This document shows, one piece after another, positions 1 to 10,200 of a stretch of 62,633 nucleotides of DNA. A program made the position numbers and the translations under genes. The stretch comes from a bacterium (GTDB lineage: Bacteria > Hinthialibacterota > Hinthialibacteria > Hinthialibacterales > Hinthialibacteraceae). Each line of letters opens with the position of its first letter. Position 1 is the first letter of the stretch. The stretch is taken from contig CAXXSM010000099.1 in assembly GCA_963663405.2 (NCBI GenBank), positions 1 to 62,633 of the forward strand. Direction: 5' to 3'. The notes beneath the pieces are model-generated. The model searched no databases and was not told the origin of the DNA. It saw nothing but the letters and a program-made list of their open reading frames with translations.

Positions 1-1311
1 GTTATTTTTCAATACCATGGGGTGTTTGACTTTTCCCACTTTTTCAAACTCTTCCTGGGAAGGATATAAAATACGCGAGCTTTGGCCTTCCAGTTCCTCG
101 CCGGAATAGCCGATGAGTTGTTGCAAGGTTTCGTTGGTCCAGCCTAAAATGCGGTTCTCTTTAACCATGCCTATACCGATGGGGGCCGTGCGAAAAATGC
201 TCTGAAGGGTGGCTTCCCGTTCCCGTAACGCTTCTTCCGCCTGCTTGCGCTCAGTGATGTCAGTGGCGATGTGAATGATCCGTTTCAATTCTCCACTTTC
301 GTCACATACGGGTGTGCAGGAGACCAGGTAAGTCCCTCCCAAAGCCTCCATTTCCATTTCAATGGTTTCAAAATGGCCTTGTTTTAATAAAAGGAGAGGG
401 CATCCTTCTGCTTGATTATCAGCATGGTGGAAAACTTCATAGCATTTTTTCCCAGTCAGTTCTTCCTGAGACAAGCCGGTGGCTTGAATGACAGTTTTAT
501 TGGTGGCCAAGATGGTGAAATCCGGATCGAGAATCATCGTGGGATGAGAAATGGCATGAAAGATATTTTCCCAATCCTGTTTGGCGCGTTGAATCGCTTC
601 CTGCGCGTATTTGATATCGGTAATGTCTCTGGCTGTGGATAGGGCGCCGGTCACTTGCCCATTCGAATCCTTCAGCGATCGACACCACCAGGCGAGCAGG
701 CGGGATTCCCCATCTCTGCGCCGTTGCCAGCTTTCAACGTAGAAGGTGTCATCATCACCGTTGAACAGCGGCTGCACTTTTTCGTAAGTGTTTTGTTCTC
801 CTACAAAGAAGCAGGCGGCTTCTTTTCCTATCGCATCCTTGCCAAAAAATTCGAGTCCTGCGGGATTGAGCCAGGTATAGACTCTGTCTTTTTCTGTTTG
901 TGCGATGATATCGGGAATTTCTTTCAATATTGTTTCATGCCGGATAGAAAAGGATCGGAGAGATTCTTCCGCCTTCTTCTGACGCTTGGTAGCCTGATAC
1001 ACCAATTCGGAGGTTAGAAGAATCGTCCCTAGAAGTATAATCAATGTAGTAAAAGAGGTTTGAATATTTGAGACGACGTTAGGAATTACCCAGATTGAAA
1101 CAATGCTGGTGATGAAAGCGGTGGGAAAATATAATCTGTGAGAAAAGTAATATGCGGCGAGAAGAATAGGAATCAGGAGGAGAATGAGCGCTTCATCAGC
1201 CCAGGAAATATCTAACCAGTGATGAAGCCAGATGAGCGCGATTCCATAAAGCAAAGCGAAAAGGGCGAAGCCAAATAGAAAATAAATTTCTTTCTTTTGT
1301 TTTTCCTGCAT
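1..1311 (-). CDS. Membrane-anchored multi-PAS sensor protein (probably a histidine kinase), 3' end outside window
   Basis: Manual translation from ATG at 1311 (GGAG upstream): MQEKQKKEIYFLFGFALF..., hydrophobic N-terminus, then PAS/PAC motifs (TARDITD, IATDITERKQAEEALRE). Open to position 1; absent from the ORF track because it has no stop in the window. Confidence 0.85.
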   Translation of the reverse strand, partial: MQEKQKKEIYFLFGFALFALLYGIALIWLHHWLDISWADEALILLLIPILLAAYYFSHRLYFPTAFITSIVSIWVIPNVVSNIQTSFTTLIILLGTILLTSELVYQATKRQKKAEESLRSFSIRHETILKEIPDIIAQTEKDRVYTWLNPAGLEFFGKDAIGKEAACFFVGEQNTYEKVQPLFNGDDDTFYVESWQRRRDGESRLLAWWCRSLKDSNGQVTGALSTARDITDIKYAQEAIQRAKQDWENIFHAISHPTMILDPDFTILATNKTVIQATGLSQEELTGKKCYEVFHHADNQAEGCPLLLLKQGHFETIEMEMEALGGTYLVSCTPVCDESGELKRIIHIATDITERKQAEEALREREATLQSIFRTAPIGIGMVKENRILGWTNETLQQLIGYSGEELEGQSSRILYPSQEEFEKVGKVKHPMVLKNN

Positions 1312-1809
1312 AATACTTGCTCCACTTTTCCCAAATTCATAACAATTACCATTCCAATGATCTTATCTCAAAATCAATGAATGGATATGGATTGATATAG
1401 AACTGATTTCCCATTTAAACTGTAAAATTCACAACACAATTGTTGCTAATGGCGGTTGTATTAAGTCTTGTATTCAGAATTCTGGTATTCCAACTCTCTT
1501 CTATATCCAATACCACTGAGTACCCGGAAACTCCAACCAATCGCCAGAGAGGCCGGTGAGAAAATCCAAAGCGAGTGAGGCTCAAGCGGTATACTTTCAG
1601 CATTTTAACGGCGACGGTGGAGAACGACTGATAGAACTTGCAGTCTAGTTTGGTATCCGAGTTTCAATATGCGTTGAACCGGATCGAACTTTGTCCACCC
1701 CAAGCCTATAAGTTCTCTATTCCGCAGGACTGTTAATTGGTACAACCACAATCCTGCGTGTATCCCAGGATCCTAGTCGGTATCAATAGACTCGGCCAGG
1801 ATCGGGAGA

Positions 1810-2271
1810 TCAACAATGCTCTTTATTATATATGCCTGCGAGATCTAAATTCAACAAATGAGGACTTTTTACCAGCTGGGCAATTGTTACGGTTTTCAAG
1901 TAGTTCAATATTAATTGATCGATTTGTGACAGAAAACTTCCCAAAATGCATTGAGAGTCACAACATTCATTATCTCTATTTATAAAACATTGATTCGGTT
2001 TGTACGCTCCTTCTGCTGCTATATAGATATCGAGTAAGGTAATATCTTCCGCTTGCTTATTGAGGCAGTAGCCTCCTGTAGAACCACGATGAGCTTTTAA
2101 AATCCCTTCTTTGACAAGACGTTGATGAATTTTTTGCAGATGATTTGAAGAGACTTTGAGTTTTTTAGCAATGTCCTGTGTTGAAACGCAATACCCCTCA
2201 TTCATTGCCAAAACAAGAACGGTATGCATTGAAAGAAATAGAACGTCTGATACCCAGAAGAAATGCTTCAT
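1810..2271 (-). CDS. Rrf2-family transcriptional regulator with Cys cluster (likely Fe-S binding)
   Basis: HLQKIHQRLVKEGILKAHRGSTGGYCL and ITLLDIY..AEG Rrf2 signatures; C-terminal CFINRDNECCDSQC. Confidence 0.9.
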   Translation of the reverse strand: MKHFFWVSDVLFLSMHTVLVLAMNEGYCVSTQDIAKKLKVSSNHLQKIHQRLVKEGILKAHRGSTGGYCLNKQAEDITLLDIYIAAEGAYKPNQCFINRDNECCDSQCILGSFLSQIDQLILNYLKTVTIAQLVKSPHLLNLDLAGIYNKEHC

Positions 2272-2632
2272 TTTTCTCTCGCCATCATTTGAATGTGGTA
2301 TTTAAATACAAGATTCTTGTCGAGAAGTAACTTGTTGGGTTACATTGTTCATAAGTTCAAATTTTTCAAGATAAGATAACAAACTCTGACGACGTATTAA
2401 TTGATTATCTCAACATTTAAATTCTAAAAGAATTAATATTTATTGATAAAAACAAATCCAATCAACGACTGAAAGAACGCGCAATTTAACATTCGAAATG
2501 TATAACAGAGGACGTACCAGAAGAATGTTAATTATCCTGTAATTGGCGCTATTAGTTAAGCTAAAGTCTCGGTCTATGATTTATTATATCCAATTTAAAT
2601 TCAAATAAAAATAAAAAATAATCACCATTGCA

Positions 2633-2660
2633 TACTATTGGTATTCAAATACCAATAGTA
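2633..2660. promoter_or_regulatory. Perfect 13-2-13 palindrome, putative Rrf2 operator; weaker copy at ~2296-2311
   Basis: TACTATTGGTATT-CA-AATACCAATAGTA between the divergent rrf2 and porin genes; TGGTATT-TA-AATACAA just upstream of the rrf2 start. Confidence 0.65.
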
Positions 2661-2905
2661 GCTCGATTAATAAATTTTCGTTACTACGGAATTTAATTAT
2701 TCTTTTCTTCCTCAAAAAATATCTGGTTGAGAAACGTCAAATTGTTGAATTTGATCTTCTAAATCTCCTAAATCTATGGAGATACGATCATTCAATCTCT
2801 CAAAGTGTTTATTGCAATACACGAATGGCACATTTTATGCATTTATACATTTCTATTTATGTGATTGAGCGCTTTTACAATAATGAGAGAACGGGAGTGT
2901 TTGGT

Positions 2906-4117
2906 ATGAGAAAAATTTTAATATTGTTTGCAGCCGTATTTTTCCCTTTATTCTATGTTCACGGAGAAGAAAAAAGAGTATTTGAAGATTTTCTTCTTCG
3001 AGATTCTTTGCTAGGTGACTGGGGGGGAATTCGCCCGTTTCTGGAAGAAAGGGGTTTGACCTACGAATTGATTTACACTGCCGAGCTGTTTCGGAATGTG
3101 CGCGGAGGAATAAAAACGGGTGGAGAATATCGTGGTGATATCAGTTTGTTCTTAGAGTTGGATACCGAAACCGCCGGATGGTGGGAAGACGGAATGTTTT
3201 TCGTCCATCTACAGGAACAGCATGGATATGGAATAACCAATGATTACGTTGGTGATTTTCAAGTTTTGTCCAATATCGACGCGGATGATTTTTTTCAAAT
3301 ATCTGAAATCTGGTATAGGCATTCTCTTTTTGACGATCGCGCATTCATCAAATTTGGTAAGATGGAAGCCAATGAAGATTTCGCGTTCGTCGAATATGGC
3401 GGAGAATTTATCAATTCGTCACCTGGATTCAGTCCCACAATTCCTTTGGTCACATTTCCCGACCAGGATTGGGGCCTTGTATTTGGCGGACAGCCTGCGG
3501 ATTGGTTTTCAATTAACTTTGGTATCTACCAAGGACGTCCAGATGGCGGCCGTTCAATCGGCGCGACAATCGAAAATCTGTATGGTCCAATGTTGATGAT
3601 CGAGCCAGCGTTTCATTATTCCTTATATGATCATCCAGGTCATTTCCGGATTGGCGGATGGTGGAATGGTGATGAATTTGACAAGTTCGATAGAACTAAT
3701 CCAAATCCTTGTATGTGCAATGAGAGTTATGGATGCTATCTGACCTGGGACCAGGAAATCTGGAAAGAAAATCCAAATAGTGATGATGACGAACAAGGGA
3801 TAGGTCTTTTCGCTCAGTACGGATTTACACCAGAAGATCGTTGTGAAGTCAATCACTACATCGGTGGTGGCGTTCAGTGGATTGGGATGATTCCGAGCCG
3901 AGATGATGATATCATTGGACTGGGAATCTTTCACGTTGATTTTAGTGATGAAGTAGATTTCATTGATGAAGGAGAAACCGCTTACGAACTCTTCTATAAA
4001 TATCAGGCGTTGGGCTGGATGTGTTTCAAGCCTGAGTTGCAATACATTACCAATCCGGGAGGCAACGGCAATGACGACGCTTTGGCTCTGGGCCTGAGAA
4101 TAGAAATTGCATTTTAA
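2906..4117 (+). CDS. oprB: Carbohydrate-selective porin, OprB family
   Basis: Signal peptide MRKILILFAAVFF; LLGDWGGIRPFLEERG N-terminal motif; ETAYELFY...KPELQYITNPGG...GLRIEIAF terminal beta-strand ending in Phe. Start moved from 2825 to the ATG at 2906 (GGGAG upstream). Confidence 0.85.
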   Translation: MRKILILFAAVFFPLFYVHGEEKRVFEDFLLRDSLLGDWGGIRPFLEERGLTYELIYTAELFRNVRGGIKTGGEYRGDISLFLELDTETAGWWEDGMFFVHLQEQHGYGITNDYVGDFQVLSNIDADDFFQISEIWYRHSLFDDRAFIKFGKMEANEDFAFVEYGGEFINSSPGFSPTIPLVTFPDQDWGLVFGGQPADWFSINFGIYQGRPDGGRSIGATIENLYGPMLMIEPAFHYSLYDHPGHFRIGGWWNGDEFDKFDRTNPNPCMCNESYGCYLTWDQEIWKENPNSDDDEQGIGLFAQYGFTPEDRCEVNHYIGGGVQWIGMIPSRDDDIIGLGIFHVDFSDEVDFIDEGETAYELFYKYQALGWMCFKPELQYITNPGGNGNDDALALGLRIEIAF

Positions 4118-4145
4118 TTCTAAGAGACTTGATTAAAGGAGAACT

Positions 4146-6116
4146 ATGATGAGATGTAAAGATATAAAAATTGGCAAGAAATTGAGCATTGGATTTGGAT
4201 TCGTTTTGCTTTTAATGCTTTTAATGGGATTGGTTGGTTATCAAGCATTGTCTCGTGTCTCCGCCAATATGGATTTATATGCCGAGTGGGGGGAGATCGA
4301 TATGGTAATGAACGAAGGTGTGATTCAAAACGTGATGAAATTAGAAACATCCGCCGTCGCTTATGTGTACGATGGATCGGAGACCAATTGGAATCAATTA
4401 CAAATCTCAATCGCAGGATGTGAGTCGGGATTGGTGGAATGGAATCAACTCATTTCAGATCGTGAAGAACTTGTGAAGGTCGCTAGCGATGTGGGCGCCT
4501 TACTTCAAGATTATAAAACGTATGCTGGGCAATTCCAATCCAATCACAAACTACGTAAGGATCTTTTGAACCGCTGGGATACATCAGCGAAAAACAGTTT
4601 GGCCACACTTCTTAACACGATGGAAAATGTTATCGATCCTGTAAAGGAAAAGGCCGAAACATCGCAGTTGCTAACCGATATGGTTAAGTGGGGTGAGATC
4701 GATATGGTCATGAATGAAGGAGTCATCCAGAATATTATTTTACTTCAAATGGCCCGCTCATGATTATTCCGCGAAAAGCAATCAAGGACAATGGGATCTC
4801 TTCCAATCTCAGTTAAACGCCGCGCAGGAAGGCTTGAATGAATGGACACAATTGTTGCAAGGTGAGAATTTGATGCTCCAAGCGGCAACAACGATTCAAA
4901 ACGAACTGGATGAATTTAAGTCCTTAGGAGATCAGTACAATCAATCTGTTGTTGCAGGAATGGCTCTCGAAAATAAGTTAATTGAATCGACCGGATCACT
5001 CATCGCGGCGTTGGAAAAAGCTATGGAAGATGTAATCGATCCAGCGAAAACATCTGCCATGGAGGCCGTTGCCTCCGTTCGTCAAAACGCCGTTATAGTC
5101 TTGTTTATTTGCGCTCTCGTAGCGTTGATTTGTGGCGCTCTAATTTCCACGGTTATTTCGAGAGGAATATGCGGTTCCTTGCGTATAGGCGTAGATTTTT
5201 CCAAGGCGGTTGCGAAGGGTGACTTGACGCAAAAAATCGATCTAGACCAAAAAGACGAAATCGGTGATTTGGCCAATGCGCTCAACGAAATGGCGTCTAA
5301 TTTGAATGAGATCATACAGAATATCCAAGAATCGGCCTCGCAGGTGGCTTCCAGTTCGGAAGAATTATCCTCTTCCTCACAGAATCTTGCCAACGCCGCC
5401 ACAGAGCAAGCCGCCAGTTTAGAGGAAACCAGCGCTTCTATCGAACAACTCAGCAGTTCCGTGGAACAAAATTCATCCAATTCCTCCAGGGCTAACGAAG
5501 TTACACTGAAAGCAAACAAGGAAGTTGAAATAGGGGGAAAGCAGTTATAGAAACAGTTGATGCAATGAAAAGAATTGCTGAACAGATCGGTATCATCAAT
5601 GATATTTCCGATCAAACCAATCTACTCGCTCTGAATGCCGCAATTGAAGCGGCCCGCGCCGGTGAGATGGGTAAAGGATTTGCCGTGGTCGCAGTCGAAG
5701 TGCGTAAATTAGCCGAACGCAGCCAACAAGCAGCGAAAGAGATCAACGAACTCGCCATCAACAGCGTTTCCAAAGCGGAGGATGCTGGAAATCGCATTCA
5801 AACAGTGATTCCCGCCATACAGGAAGCCACGAATTTAGTTCAGCAAATCACAATGGCCTGTTCTGAACAAGCGAGTGGTTCTGAGCAAATACGAACTGCC
5901 ATTTCTCAACTCGACCAAGTCACGCAACAGAATTCGAGTTCGTCAGAAGAAATCTCCGCATCCAGCGAAGAACTGGCCGCGCAGGCGCAATCGCTTCAAG
6001 AAATGGTGAGCCGGTTCAGGATATCCGTAAGTAGTGAACCATCGTATGCAGTAAAAAGTACTATTTATCAATCTGAAATTGATAACCATACACCAGTACA
6101 GGCTTTGCCACGATGA
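4146..6116 (+). CDS. Methyl-accepting chemotaxis protein (TM, duplicated helical sensor, TM, HAMP, MCP signal), split by frameshifts at ~4752 and ~5535, possibly also ~6108
   Basis: ORFs 4146-4763, 4714-5550 and 5565-6116 are consecutive parts of one MCP: HAMP ([19 protein letters not shown]) and signalling motif [37 protein letters not shown]. Confidence 0.88.
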
Positions 6117-6488
6117 AAAAAAACATGTAGTAGTCAAGAAATCCAAAGTGAGCAAGCTAATGGAGAGTAAGGACTCTAGCCAAGGAAATGGGGAACAATT
6201 CATCCTTGGCTTCTCTAGTCTGGAAAATGAACTACTTATAATACCGTTTAGTCCAAACGTTCATAACAAGCAATAATCCACAGTTCGTTTAAAAAGTAGT
6301 AGATATCGTGGGCCTGTTTTTGAATCCCCCTGACTAAGCGGTAATGATTTATATTGAAGAGAAAATATCTATATCTTTTACCTGTTAAGATCAATTGGTT
6401 TCCATGCTCTTTTGCCAATTGGGCCAGGCCCATTCCCTCCGTGGAATTTGTACCCAATCAGTAGCTATACGCTAAATTAACAATGGAA

Positions 6489-6770
6489 TCATTGGGGCGC
6501 CGCATTTGGAATCGGATCAAACTTTCTTGATTCTCCCGCGCTTAACAAATGGGTTTTTGATTCTCCGCCATGCCATAAATCATATTTCGGATCGGCGTAT
6601 CGATCGAAGAACGTAAAAAGCTTCGCACGTAACTCTTTTTGGATTTTGGATTGTGTGGATTGTCCATACAGATTAAATTTTTCAGCTGGATCATGCGCTT
6701 CGTCATATAATTCATTAGGGCGATCCGGATATCGTTCCATATATTTCCAAGCCTGTGTTCGAATACTCGC
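6489..6770 (-). pseudogene. C-terminal fragment of a sulfatase
   Basis: Frame extends upstream as SIRTQAWKYMERYPDRPNELYD...DPAEKFNL, the typical sulfatase C-terminal motif; no catalytic N-terminal part present. Confidence 0.65.
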
Positions 6771-7237
6771 TCATGACGATTATTAAGGAATGGTTTTGAC
6801 TTCTCCCGTTTTCCAATTGAAGGAAACCGTACGGCGGCGCACGAGATTCGATAAATCTCCGGATCCGCTTGAAAGATTACATGAGCCATTTGATTGGTTG
6901 ATTCACAGCAGGAAAACGTCACGGCGTTCCGCCATTGTGGTTGTTTCGTTTTCAAACTCACGGCGAAGATTGTGTCCGTCTTCTGCCACTCGCGGGAAGC
7001 AGCTTCATGTTTTTCCGCGGATGTGGGATTGTTAAAGAGGGAGTCATCACAGAGCCGTTGAGAACTGGTTTTTATTGCGTTTGTCCAATGTGCTGGATAA
7101 TCACGCATGAATTCCTTGAAGAGTAGGTAATAGATCGCAAAAGTGATTCAGTCCAGGATTTTTTTTTGATACAATAGTACAATATAAAAAAGAAGAGCGT
7201 TATAGAGTCATAGTACGATAATATAGGGATTTGTATT

Positions 7238-10200
7238 ATGAATGAAAAAAGGGTACACAAAAGAGATAATAAAGAAGAATTAGACCTTTTGAAATCGCAG
7301 GTTGAAGAACTCGATACCCGGCTAAACAAGTTAGTCGAGATAATCGAAATCCTAAACACCTGCACGCACATAAGAGAATTGGCTCCCCGTTTTTTAACAG
7401 AATTTGCGCGAAACATGACCGCTGAGGGAGGCAGTTTATATCTTCGGGATAATAACAAACTTGTACTCATTAATTCACTCGATCCTGAACATGCCGCGTC
7501 AGTTATTGAATTCCCGCTGAAAAAAGGGAGTGTTTTTGAGCGTGTATTCACTGAAAAAAAACCTGTATTGATTCGAAATATCAAAGAAGAAAATGATCTA
7601 AGTCAAAGCGGCTGGACTGGGTACAGGAATCAATCGGTTATTGCATTTCCATTTTGTGATGAAATAGGGGATGTGATAGGTGTCCTATCGCTCCACAACA
7701 AAACGGCTCCGCCTTTTACAATGCATGACCATCAGATTGGAACCATTCTGTCTTCCATGATCTGCAAATCAATTCGGGAATCGCATGCGAGAAATGAATT
7801 AAAAAAGAGCGAAGAACGATTTCGGCATATGGCCGATTCATCTCCTTTTCCTATATCGATCATCGATAAAGACGGATCTTATCTTTTTCTGAATGAAAAA
7901 TTTATCGAATTGTTTGGATATACACTCAGCGATATCCCCCACGGAAGAACTTGGTTTCAACTGGCCTATCCTGATCCGGAGTACCGCCGCAAGGTCATAC
8001 AGACATGGAAACAAGATCTGGAAAAATGCCCCAATGGATTATTACGGCCACAGGAATATCAAGTCCACTGTAAAGACGGCTCCATTAAAGAGATCTTATT
8101 CCGCCCTGTTACAATGGACGATGGAAAACAATTTATCACATACGAGGACCGGACCGATCAAAATCGCGTTGAATTGGTACGTCAAGAGAGCGAGTCATTG
8201 ATACGGTCGTTGTTAAATACGAGCCCTGATATTTCTTTTTTGATTGATTGCCGTGGTATCTTATTGGCATTAAATGAGACTTTTGCCCAGAGATTCAAAA
8301 AAACGGTTTCTGAACTTATAGGAATGAATTGTTATGATCTTATCCCTCCTGATCTAGCAAAATCCCGGAAAACCCATATTGATGAAGTCATCAATACGGG
8401 TAAACCGGCCTCCTTTATTGATCGGCATCAAGAGCGGTACTTTGAAAATCACATTCATCCCATTAAAAATCCTTATGGAGAAGTGATACAAATTTCGATA
8501 TTTGCGAAAGACATCACGGAAATCAAGCAGACAGAGGAAGCGCTTCGAAATTCAGAAGTACTCTATCATTCTTTGGTGGAACATTTGCCGCAATGTATTT
8601 TTCGAAAAGACAAACAAGGACGATTCACATTCGTCAACCATTGTTTTTGTGAGAATTTGGGTAAATCCGCCGATGAAATTATTGGCAAAACAGATTTTGA
8701 TTTTTTCCCGCAAGAATTAGCATCAAAATATCAGGAAGACGATCAACGGGTTATCGAATCGGGTGAATTATTTCAAACTGTGGAGGAGCACCAAGTAAAT
8801 GATGGTGACAGCAAATACGTTGAGGTTGTAAAAACGCCGATTAAAACTGCCGCTGAACAAATCATCGGCATTCAAGGGATTTTTTGGGATGTCACAGAGA
8901 AAAAAAGGACCGACGAAGACTTGAAACAACACCTGGATGAAATCGAACGTTTAAATCGCTTATTTATTGGACGAGAAAGAAAACTCATTGCTCTTAAACA
9001 GCGTGTTAATGAATTATCGATAAAATCAAACCTTGATCCTCCATATAATCTGGCATCCCTCGAAGAAAGCCTTCAAGATGAAAGCCAATCCATTGCGCAA
9101 TTTCGAAAACCGGATGCTGAAACACTCCCAATCCATGAATATACGTTAAGCGATTTAATTGAAATCGATAGCATGGAATGCCTCCTCAATAGTTTTTGTG
9201 AGTCTGTTGGAATTGCCTCAGCGATAATCGATTTGAAAGGCAATGTTATTATTGGAGCAAGGTGGCAGCCTATCTGCACCAATTTTCACAGGATCAATCC
9301 CATAACATGCGAACGGTGTATCGAAAGTGATACGGTCTTAGCAGGGAATGTGAAAGAAGGAGAGCATTTCTCAATTTATCAATGCAGAAACGGTCTCACT
9401 GATGCTGCATCTCCAATTTATATTGCTGGACGCCATGTGGCGAATGTGTTTGTCGGACAATTTCTAACTGAACCTCCTGATTATGATTATTTCAGAAACC
9501 AAGCGCTAGAATACGGCTTTGATGTTCATCAATACCTAAAATCACTAGAACAAGTTCCAGTCATTGATCAAGAAAAATTACCATCAATTCTTAGGTTTTT
9601 AACAACCGTATCTGAACTGGTTGCTCAAATAGGTTTAGAAAAAATCCAATTGAAACAATCTGAATCGGCAGAAAGAAATCGCGCCTTAGAATTGGATTTC
9701 CTTATTCGTGAGTTAAAACAACAGCGTTTGGCGGCTCTTAACCTGGCAGAAGAGGCAGAAGAGGCTCGCATAAAAACAGAGCAATCTGAAAAGGCGCTGC
9801 AAGAAAGCAATTTTCTTGTAAACGCGCTTTTTGATTATGGGAATATAGGTCTTGCTATTACGTCTCCACAAAAAGGCTGGATTCGCGTTAACCGCAAATT
9901 ATGTGAGATGTTTGGGTATTCTGAAAATGAATTCTATCAGCGTACCTGGGTTGAGATGACTCATCCCGAAGATTTAGAAACCGACGTATTACAATTTAAC
10001 CGGTTACTGAATGATGAAATCGATAATTATGAAATGGAAAAACGTTTTTATAACCAAGATGGTTATATTGTTTATACATATTTAACAGTTTCTTGCTTCC
10101 GGAATGAGGATCGTTCCGTTCGCTTTGTTATCGCTTCACTATTGAATCTTACCAAATTGAAAGAGAGTGAAGAAGAATTAAACAAGACGCGTGGTTTACT

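Noticed and set aside
6542-7584. ORFs 6542-7108, 6790-7035 and 7072-7584 as genes
   Set aside because: No recognisable motifs; they overlap the sulfatase remnant or lie antisense to the kinase. 6790-7060 may be degraded mobile DNA, but I cannot support that.
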